This document shows, piece after piece, positions 9,247 through 19,000 of a stretch of 53,143 bases of DNA (its first letter is position 1; every line of letters starts with the position of its first letter). A program made the translations under genes and the position numbers. The notes under the pieces are model-generated. The model searched no databases. It saw only the letters and a program-made list of their open reading frames with translations, and was not told the DNA's origin. The DNA comes from a virus (taxonomy: Duplodnaviria; Caudoviricetes), in the IMG/VR virus record IMGVR_UViG_3300031660_000005, positions 1 through 53,143 of that record; one strand, written 5' to 3'.

Positions 9247-10413
9247 ATGGCAAAAGTTTTAAAAGCTGTAGTAGCAATAGCAGTGGCAGTAGCCATCCCT
9301 TTCGTAGCGCCAGCGATAGCCGCGAGTCTCGGAGCATCGGCGGCACTAACCACCGTCGCAACTTCCCTTGGGGCATCAGCTATTAGTGCAACGGCGGCAG
9401 CAACAATAGGAACTACCATTGCATCGGCGGGGGTAGGAGCGGTACTAGGCGCGGTCAATGCTAAAGTCACGGGCGGCGATGTCAAGACAGGTGCGCTTTT
9501 GGGCGGGTTAGGAGGCGGCATAGGCGGGTACACTTCTGCTGTTGCTACTAACGCTGCTAACGCTGGCAATGTCGGACTAAACACTAGCTCAGGCGCATCT
9601 GGCACAACGGCAACCTCAGCGCAACTTAATGCTGCTCCGGGAGCTACTACGGCAGCACTAAATACTGCGGGTCAAACCGGACTAGCTGTAACAGGTACAG
9701 CAGTTGATGGCGGCGTCACACTAGCTAACGGAGCAACAGTAACTGCCGCAGGCGCATTGGTACAACCTACAATAACACAAGCTGTGACAACTGGGCTTAC
9801 TAGTACTATTACACAACTAACTAACCCAGATACTCTCCTTAGAATAACCACCCTAGCCTTGGCAGCAGACCCAGACATAACAGGGCTAACAAACGAAGAA
9901 GTACAGTTGGTTGAGTTACGCAAAGCAGAACTACAACGCATGGCTACTGAGAACCGCGCCTTGTTCGAGCAACAAGTAGCTAACGCTGCGGCTCTTATGC
10001 AGTCTGCTGAGCAACAAGCTGCAAACCCAGAGGGTGCGTACGCAGAAACTAAAATTAGAACTGAACGTGATCTTGCTGAAGACACCCGTGGCCAATCTTC
10101 TGATCGTGCAGCCGCTACCCGTCGCGCTGGTTTAATAGACAGTACTAACACGGCAACAATCGCAGCAGCAGCAGAGCAAGAACGTGGCGATGCAGCACAA
10201 ATGCGCTATCGTACAGCAGCGAACCAAGCACTACCTGACGCTGCACCTCAAGGCTACGCTGGACTAGCAATGCCTATGTACAGCGATTTAGCTGAGCGTA
10301 GACGTCAAGCGCAAAACGATCTAGTGTATGGCGTAGGCAGCGCATTCGGTGTAGGCGACTTAACTGGTAGCAAAAATAAAGAACTATTTGGTTCTATCAC
10401 GGGTAATGCGTAA
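9247..10413 (+). CDS. Internal virion / DNA ejection protein
   Basis: Ala/Gly/Thr-rich hydrophobic N-half, helical Q/A/E-rich C-half; AGGAG RBS. Confidence 0.7.
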   Translation: MAKVLKAVVAIAVAVAIPFVAPAIAASLGASAALTTVATSLGASAISATAAATIGTTIASAGVGAVLGAVNAKVTGGDVKTGALLGGLGGGIGGYTSAVATNAANAGNVGLNTSSGASGTTATSAQLNAAPGATTAALNTAGQTGLAVTGTAVDGGVTLANGATVTAAGALVQPTITQAVTTGLTSTITQLTNPDTLLRITTLALAADPDITGLTNEEVQLVELRKAELQRMATENRALFEQQVANAAALMQSAEQQAANPEGAYAETKIRTERDLAEDTRGQSSDRAAATRRAGLIDSTNTATIAAAAEQERGDAAQMRYRTAANQALPDAAPQGYAGLAMPMYSDLAERRRQAQNDLVYGVGSAFGVGDLTGSKNKELFGSITGNA

Positions 10414-10427
10414 GGGGATATAGTACT

Positions 10428-13040
10428 ATGGCAGGACCATCATACGCCACCGTCACACAACTTGGCGCAGGACTGGGTAAACTTTCGGGTTTATCTGCGG
10501 CAGAAACTCTTGATAAAGCTGCGCGTGAGCGTCAGGCACAAGCTCAAAGTGCGTTGGCTTTAGATACTACTAGACTAGCACAACAGCGTAGTGGCCAACT
10601 GCTTGAGGAAAACGAATTAGCCTTAAAACAATTAAGAAGTGCAGAAGCAGCAAGAGTTGATCGTATAAATAGACTTAGCGTTTCTACTCAAAAGCCGGTG
10701 CTTGAAACAGGAACTGTAAAACCTGTTGAGTTTTCACCTACCACCGATGCAACGATAACCAATAGCGGAACCCTACCTGCCGCTGTTACTGGAGGGCTAA
10801 ACACTAGCGGAACCCTACCTGCCGCTGCTACTGTACCCGTAGCTGCTGATGGCGGTAACATTGAACCTCTACCAGCTAGTACACAATTACGTATAAAATT
10901 TAGACCACTATGGACACAGCTACAAACAGAATATGGTTTGCCCGATGGGTACTTAGAGACTACCGCAGGTTTGGAAAGTAGTTTTCAAGCTAGCGTACCT
11001 AACGCTGCAGGCTCTAGTGCGCAAGGTTTGTTTCAGTTTATGCCTGCAACTGCGCAACAGTACGGTCTAACAAATGTTAATGATCCGCAAGCATCTTCAG
11101 TAGCCGCTGCAAAACTTGCTAAAGATAATTTTTTAGAACTACAAAGGATACTTGGTAGACCCCCCACTGGCGCTGAACTATACCTAGCGCACCAGCAAGG
11201 TGCAAGAGGCGCAGGACTGCTAATAAAACATGGAGATGTAGACGTTTTACGTGTATTAGAAGTTGCATATCAAAACTCTAATAACCCAGCGTTAGCAGCC
11301 AAAAGTGCATTAACTAAAAATGGCGGTACTGAAGACATGTCTGCCGCAGAGTTTGCTAACCTCTGGACGTCTAAGTATACCGGTAGATTACCTTTATCCA
11401 CAGAAGTACTTACACCTGTAGTGGAACCTGTAGAGCAACCTGTTGTAGAGCAACAACCTGCAGTGGTACCTGTTGTGCAAAGAAATACAATAGAGAACCC
11501 AATACGCTACAACGACAGTTATGATTGGGTAGGAGAAATAAACGATGACAATAAAGCATCAGGCGTTGGTGCTTTATACCCAACAGCCGGTGGGTCTAAA
11601 ATTTATTTTAGCACATTTGACAGAGAAGGCGGCGCTAATAACATCTTCGGCCCAACGCTGGTAATAGATAAAAACACTAGAAAATTTTCTAGAATTTATT
11701 TTACCGACGAACCCGGCGTGACCGGAGAGAATCATGTATACAGTGTTGAGGATGAAGCCATAATTGCAAAGTTAGCAGCAGCTGCTGCTAGGCAGGGTCT
11801 TATATCGCAAGATGATGTACCTACTGTTCAAGAACCTAGAGAGTTGAACACAGAAGAAACTCAATTTGCGCAAGACATAGATAAGTTAATGCGCGGTAAC
11901 GAAATTGCTACAGCTATCTCTCAAATAAGAACCCGTATAAGCAGTGGTACTTACGGCCCCACCGGCACCGCTCTTGGTCGTATGGCAGGTTATTTTACAG
12001 ATAGCCCAGCGGAAGCAGCCCGTCGTAAACTTTTTGATGCAACAAGTAAGTGGATGTCCACTGAAGGTTCTAGATTTTTAACTGCTAACCCAGACTTAAT
12101 ACCCACATTTGCTGCGGACCCTGTAGGTAGTTACCAACGACTTATTTTAGATGCTGTTACAGTTCCAGAAATAAACCCCGAAGAAAGTACTACGCAACCT
12201 GCTGATGTTAGTGGTGGCAATCTAATCCCAGTAGATAAGCAAGCGGCGGTAGCTACCAAGTCTACAGCTGGTCTTGTGATGCCACAAAACGTAGTTACCA
12301 ATAGTGTTATGACACGAACACCTAAGTCTGCAGCGTACTTGGTTAACGACGAAAAAATTAACGAAGACTTAAAACAACTTGTATCAGAACGTGCTAGATT
12401 AAACATACAGCTTAGCGATGCTGCCCGTACTAACAACACTGCGTTGTATATGGAAACGCAAGCTGCTCTAAGCATGGTAAATGTAGGTAGAACTTATCTG
12501 GATGGTATGACTATGTTGTCTGCGTTTAACAGGGGTGACGATCAAGTATTAGCAAATTGGCTAGCACAAAATTTTGGAACTGAATACGCGCTACAACCAT
12601 ACTCCAACGGTACTTACACAATATTAAAGAATGGAAAACCGGATGATCCAAGGTCTACTAATGTTAGTAGAGAACAACTCATAATAGATTTCCGTGGACG
12701 TTACGATCTTGACTACCAGAAAGCAAATGCAGCAGCGCTAACCGCAGCCGCCGCTCAAACTGCTGAATTTCAAATTAAAAAGTTTGAGAGTAACCTTAAA
12801 ATACAAGAAAAAACTTCAGAGCTTTGGGCTACAGGTAAAAAAGACGCGGCGCTAGAAGAACTAAAGGCTTCACTAAAAGGTTATGACTGGAAAGTTGTAG
12901 GCGAAGTAGCTATAGCTAGCGTACCAAATAGTACAGCAGTGCTAACGTACGGCCTACAAGATGTTGTATTGAATGGCGTGGTAACTCAAGAATATAGGAT
13001 AACTGTAAGCGATAAAGGTGTCGCTAACCAAGAGTACTAA
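10428..13040 (+). CDS. Internal virion protein with lytic transglycosylase (SLT-like) domain
   Basis: GLESSF..SSAQGLFQFMPATAQQYG..ELYLAHQQG motifs at about 10960-11200. Confidence 0.85.
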   Translation: MAGPSYATVTQLGAGLGKLSGLSAAETLDKAARERQAQAQSALALDTTRLAQQRSGQLLEENELALKQLRSAEAARVDRINRLSVSTQKPVLETGTVKPVEFSPTTDATITNSGTLPAAVTGGLNTSGTLPAAATVPVAADGGNIEPLPASTQLRIKFRPLWTQLQTEYGLPDGYLETTAGLESSFQASVPNAAGSSAQGLFQFMPATAQQYGLTNVNDPQASSVAAAKLAKDNFLELQRILGRPPTGAELYLAHQQGARGAGLLIKHGDVDVLRVLEVAYQNSNNPALAAKSALTKNGGTEDMSAAEFANLWTSKYTGRLPLSTEVLTPVVEPVEQPVVEQQPAVVPVVQRNTIENPIRYNDSYDWVGEINDDNKASGVGALYPTAGGSKIYFSTFDREGGANNIFGPTLVIDKNTRKFSRIYFTDEPGVTGENHVYSVEDEAIIAKLAAAAARQGLISQDDVPTVQEPRELNTEETQFAQDIDKLMRGNEIATAISQIRTRISSGTYGPTGTALGRMAGYFTDSPAEAARRKLFDATSKWMSTEGSRFLTANPDLIPTFAADPVGSYQRLILDAVTVPEINPEESTTQPADVSGGNLIPVDKQAAVATKSTAGLVMPQNVVTNSVMTRTPKSAAYLVNDEKINEDLKQLVSERARLNIQLSDAARTNNTALYMETQAALSMVNVGRTYLDGMTMLSAFNRGDDQVLANWLAQNFGTEYALQPYSNGTYTILKNGKPDDPRSTNVSREQLIIDFRGRYDLDYQKANAAALTAAAAQTAEFQIKKFESNLKIQEKTSELWATGKKDAALEELKASLKGYDWKVVGEVAIASVPNSTAVLTYGLQDVVLNGVVTQEYRITVSDKGVANQEY
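10763..10827 (+). repeat. 23 bp direct repeat (42 bp period) within CDS
   Basis: TAGCGGAACCCTACCTGCCGCTG at 10763 and 10805 (SGTLPAA twice). Confidence 0.9.
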
Positions 13041-13051
13041 GGACTTAATAC

Positions 13052-16000
13052 ATGGTAAACCGTACACTAGCGCAAGGTTTAGGTATAAACAAGGCCATGG
13101 GGATTGGGCTAAGCCCTCGACCTACTGACCCCTATAGTACTACAGCTAGTACCGGCCTAGGTAATTTAGCTCCTAGTCTAGCGGACCAAGCCTTTGGTGC
13201 AGGCGGCGCTGGTTCTCCCAACCTAGGTACTCCTAGTTCTTTAATGGCAGACACGCAAGCGCGTACCCAACAGTTGATGGGCGATTTTGATTACGCTGCT
13301 CCTAAACTAAAAGAATCGCCACGACCTAGAATTGCGTTTGACCCGACAGCTGGCAAGATGTCTGTCAATGGGTTTGAGTTTGATGCTGATGATTATGCCG
13401 ATGCCGTACGGTCTAAAGGCTATTTAGATGGGCCTAGCCAAGAACCTAAGACAGCTGGCGTATGGCAAAATATATCACAAGCACAATACACCGACTACCT
13501 AGATCGTATAGAAAACCCTACTCTTGGTACACGGTTTAAACGTAGTTTTGAAATAGGTACACAAGGACTAAAGACTTTAGGTGGCGCTGGGTTACAGTTT
13601 GCAGGGGCAGAGGAACTAGGCTCAGGCATAGTAAACCGTGCAGCAGTACGACAAGAAGAACTATCACCCTTCCAAGCTCGTGCCGCTGACGTAGCGTCCG
13701 GTGAGATCAGTGCTATTGAATACGCTGTGTCTATGATCGGACAGCAAGGACCAAATATTATTGAGACCATAGGTGTAGGTCTTGCAGGATTTGCCACAGG
13801 TACAGTAGCCTCAGCTAACCCATTGGGCGGTGCGCTTGCAGGTGTCGGTGCTATGTTTACTAAGGCTGGCTTTAAAAAACTAGCTAAAGAAGCTGCTGAA
13901 CAATACGCAAAAGGTGGCGCTAAAAGTCTTAGTGCTTCACAACGTAAAGCGTTAGCACAATTAGGTGGCGCAGGTGCAGCTACAGCCATGAACAACTACG
14001 CTATCGGTACGGCGGATGTTTATAACGAGCAGCGCGAACGTGGTGCAGAACCTGACGACGCTAGTGCTAGAGCTATGGCAGCTGCGCTTGGTATTCCTTA
14101 CGCTATCCTATCTACAATACCAGAAGCTATTGGTGCAGGTAAACTATTCGGCCTTGGTGTAGGTGGTGGTCTTGCAAAGCGTTTAGCTAAAGGCGTAGCA
14201 GTAGGTGGCGTATTAGAAGGCGCAACCGAAGCAGGCCAAGAACTATTAGCCATGGGTGCGGGTAGCCAGTACGAAAAGTACTCCGATGATGAGGTCTTAT
14301 CGCGTGTTATAGAGTCTGCTGTAGCTGGCTTCACAGTCGGTGGAACTATCGGTGGTGTTGTTAACTTACGCAGGGGTCAAACCGCTGATGTACTAACTGG
14401 CAACTCTACGCAACAAGAAGTAGAACCAGAAGTAGAACAGCTAGCGCTACCTGCACCAGACACTACTCCTTTAGCTATAGAAGATAAAACTGTACCAAAT
14501 ACCCAAGGTCCATTGTTACCAATTACTGAACCGCCAAGACAGTTATTATCACCAGAACAAAGTGGCCCAGCTGCACTACCCGACCCCAGAAATGTACGTC
14601 AGCCTAAGCCTGAACTATCAGTACCACCAGCCGTGGCTATAACCCCAGTAGGTGTCCCACCTGTTGTCCAAACACCTATTATCCCTAGCGGTTTAACTCC
14701 CGATATGGCAGCAGGTTTCCAACAAGCGGCAGCACAAGACCCAGCAAATATTGTAACAGACGGTTTTAGTCAGTCGGCTCCTAACATACAAACGCGCATA
14801 GCTGAACCAACTAGACAACCTGAACCAATAACACAGCAACAAATATTGGCGGGTGCAAACCAACTTGCAAATAGTAGGACGGCTTTACTCCCTACAATAG
14901 ACCCTCCTGTTGATACAGTAGAACAACCACTTGTAAACGTAAGTGCCTTGCCTCCGGGACCTCCTGTTACCACAGCCATGGCTGAAGGGCTTAACCCACT
15001 ACTACAAGCTATGCGGCAGTCACAAGAAGACCAAAGACAGGCTGTAGTTATTAGGACGCAGAAAGATGCAGACTTTGATGCAGCTGAGCAACAAGTATCG
15101 GATGCAGCCTTTGACGCTACGCTAACAGTAGATGAGTACGTAGACGCCACAACTCAGTGGGATACGTTTAACGATAGCCGTAAAAAATTATCTAGCCCGG
15201 TTACTCTCGACTCCAGAAAGATGAACGCTCAACGAGAGTGGGTCCAAGCTGTACGAGATAACACTGCTGACAAAGCATTGTTCGATAAGCTGCGCAAAAC
15301 CAAGGCACAACCTAACGGTCAGCGTGAGCCACTGATACGTAACCCTAACGAGCCTGATGGCACACCTACACCTACACCTACTAGCGGTAAGAAAAAACTA
15401 AGTGTTAAGAAGACTGCAAAAGAAACCGTGAAGAAACCAAAGCCGTTGCTAAAGAAAAAGGAACCCCCGGCAAAAAAGCCTAAAGCCCAAGTTAAGCCTG
15501 AGCCTGAGGTTGAGCCTGAGGTTGAGCCTAAGGTTGAGGTTGAGCCAGTTGCCGAGACTGAAACCGAGGTCGAAGTTGCAGTCCAAGAAGACCTAACCGC
15601 AGGTCGTGATGCGTACGCTGCTTATCGTGATGGCTTAAAAGAACCTACTTCCGTGGCTACGTTCGATAACTTACCGCTATCAGACCAGCAAAACATAAAT
15701 ACTAAAGCCATTAAGGGTACAGTAAAAGACAGTGACCTAGCTACCATAGCGCTCAACTCACCTGTAGGTGTAGCTTTAGAACCAGAAGAGACTACGTTTA
15801 GAGACAGCAGTATTTCGGATATGATCGACGCTGTTGAGACAGAGACCGGCGCTAAATATAAACAGAACCTATACGCTTTAACTCGCGCTGCGTATTTTGC
15901 TCCGACTCAAGGTAAGGGTATCCAACGTCGTGACGAGGCTAGAAAATATTTAGAAGATTTTGTTTGGGATCAAGACAGTCGTGTTATATTACTAACTGTT

Positions 16001-19000
16001 GCGCAAGAAGTAGAAACAATTAACGTCATGGATAGTAAGGGTGTCAACCCTGCATTTATTTTAATACGAGCACAAGGACTTATCCCTAGTCTAAAAGACA
16101 CAGGCGTAGAGTTTGACACTGCTACCAAGGGTAAAAAACTAGCAACACCTGCTAACATAAAAGAAGCACTAGAAGGTATAGCTTCTAACGCCAACACATC
16201 CATCATGGAATTTGTTGATAAGATAAAAGAAAAACCTACTGGTCAAAATCGTGCGTCAGGTAGGTTCTCACTTGATGGCGCAGTAGATGATAACGGTAAC
16301 CCAATTCGCACCATGGCCAATGGCCGTGTTCGTATGCTTGCACGACAGTTTATATCTAAACTAGAAAGCAAACCGAAACTATTTGTATACCGCAGCCAAG
16401 CAGACCTTAAAGCTAGGAACCCTAAGCTATATAAAGAAGCAGCCGCAGCGCGTACGGAAGGTGACTTTGAAAATACAAGCGCTGTTGGTTACGCCTTTAA
16501 CGGTGACACAGTACTTATATTCTCAGAGAATATTGCTAACGCTCAGCACCTAAACTTTGTTATGGCCCACGAAGTATTAGGTCACTACGGCTTACGTAGT
16601 ATCGTACCCAAAGCACAATTCGATTCGCTTATGGAATCCATATACGACACAGACACACAGGTGCAGTCCGCAGTTGATAGCAACATGGAAGTGTATGGCC
16701 AAAGTAAAGCTGAAGCTGTTGAGGAGTACATTGCAGACTATGCTGCTGTTGTTGACACGTCTGTCATGGCTCGCGTTGTAAAAGCCATTAAGAAATTTCT
16801 TAACAAGCTAGGCGTTAAGTTTGGCGACGAAGACGTGCGCTATCTAGTAGATCAATCACGTAAGTACGTAAGAAAAAGTGCGACAGGTAACGGTAAATTA
16901 GTTATCATGCAAGAGGTAGCACAACAGTACAGAGACGTAACCACTAACACTGGCACAACAAGTACTGGTAGGTTTGCTCCTGCAACGGACATGCGTACGG
17001 CTAACATCATACAAGCTAGAGTTATGGGTCAAGGAAACCCTATAACAAACTGGGAAGATATATGGAGCAATGTAACTGACAAAGGTAGGCTTAAAGATAT
17101 CAAGGATGGTTTGGACAGGTTTAGTTCTAAGTACCTAAGTCTGTCTAACTACCGTGCGCGTAAGAACGCAGGACTTAAAGAAGCTCACAATTTGTTTATG
17201 CGCCATGGTGAGATAGCCAGTGAGGTCCGTATCAAAGCCAATGACGTAATGCGTATGGCGCTTGACCGTACTGTTCTTGGGTACGGGTCTATAACAGAGA
17301 AGCAGACTACCAAGGTTAATGAGATGCTGTACGATGGTCAACGCAAAGGTATAGACTTATCTGAGGGCAAGGGTCTGGGTAAGATGGCTTTGTTTAGGGT
17401 AGGCCAAGGGGGGCAACTAGAAGTACAAGAGACAGAACTAAAAGCCTTGGTTGCTATGGGTACGCGCAGCTTCGAAGAACTACGTGACGGTTATACATAC
17501 GAAGACAAGTACGTAGACAAAAACAACGAAGCGCAAACCCAAACCGAAGTAGTAAAAGGCATAGCTGGTCTAACCGAAACAAGCATAGAGTATGTTGCGT
17601 ACAAACAAGTTCGAGAAGCTATGGTCAGTACCGAGCTATCGTTACTAAAAGCTAAATATAAAGCGTACTTACAAGAGAAGGCTAACTCTGCCGCAAACAT
17701 GGGTGACCTGCTTAAAGACGGGGAGACCTTAACGACTAAAGATAAGTCAGTGATCCGTGGCTTGATTGACTATATGGGCGTACTGTACACAGAAAATACT
17801 GTTGTAGACGCCAAGGGTATGCGAACTCCTGACTCAGACGCCATGCAAAACGCAGAAGATTTTGTACAGGATGTGAACAAATACCTTATAGGGGCCACTA
17901 AAGACAAAGGTGTTAAGGTCCAGTCCTACTACAAAGACGGCAAAGGCGTTGCTATTACTGAACAACTAGATAGCATACGAGGCCGCATGGTATTCGAAGC
18001 TGGTAATAAATACCTACTCCAAGAAGAAATTCGTAGAGTTATGCTGTCAGATTATCTAAACCGAGAGTCTGATGTGTACACCAAGAGGTCAATAGCCACA
18101 GGGTATATACCTATACTACGTGAAGGCCGCTATCAGATTAGGGTACAGGCCATGATGAATGGCAAGCCTGTCCAGCTATTAGACTCGCATCAAGAACTCC
18201 TTGTGTATAAGCAGGTGCAGAAAGCTAGCGAAGCAGAGCGTTTAGCTAAACTATTTAACACAGACATGGGCAACGAGACTACGTTTAAAGCCATGGTTAA
18301 AGACCCCAACACTGGTGAGTTCACCACGCAAAGCGTTACGCTAGAAGCCGTATCCGAGAGCGTACTAGACAGCGTGTCAGGGCCACCGCAACTAAACCTA
18401 AACGATTTTGTCCGTGGTATTCAGTTCTTTAATATAAACCTGCCGCCAGAAAAGATGGCGCGTGTGGTAACAGGACTCACAAAGCAGAACGCAAGCGCAC
18501 GTCAACGTCTTGAGCGTAGCTTTACCCCCGGTGGAGACTTAGACGGTATCTTAGCTGCCTCGCAGCACATAGACAGACGCGCCTCGTCTATAGCCAAGAC
18601 CGAGTTGGCTCCTGTACTAACCAATCTTATGAACTTAAACCTAAAGTCATCTAGGGCTAAGTGGTATATGAATGACCCCGAAACAAAGGCTCGACTAAAA
18701 AGATTCGAGGACAGTGCTAGTGACCCCCGCCTTAGCCAAGAGCAACGCGCAGATGCGCAAAGAGAGTACTCAGAGCTAAAGAGTATGGTGGACAACACTC
18801 AACGGGGCGGAACCAACTACGGCAACGAGTACCATGCAGAAGCAGCTAAGGGTGTAGACTTTCTAAATAGCAACCGCGACGTATCTATGTCCGACTTCGA
18901 AGCTACTAAGCTAGCATCTGGGGTCAGGTCTTACGCAAGTTTGTTCCAGTTGGGCGGTTCAATAGCAACAGGTACACTTAACTTTATAGGTGTGTATGTG

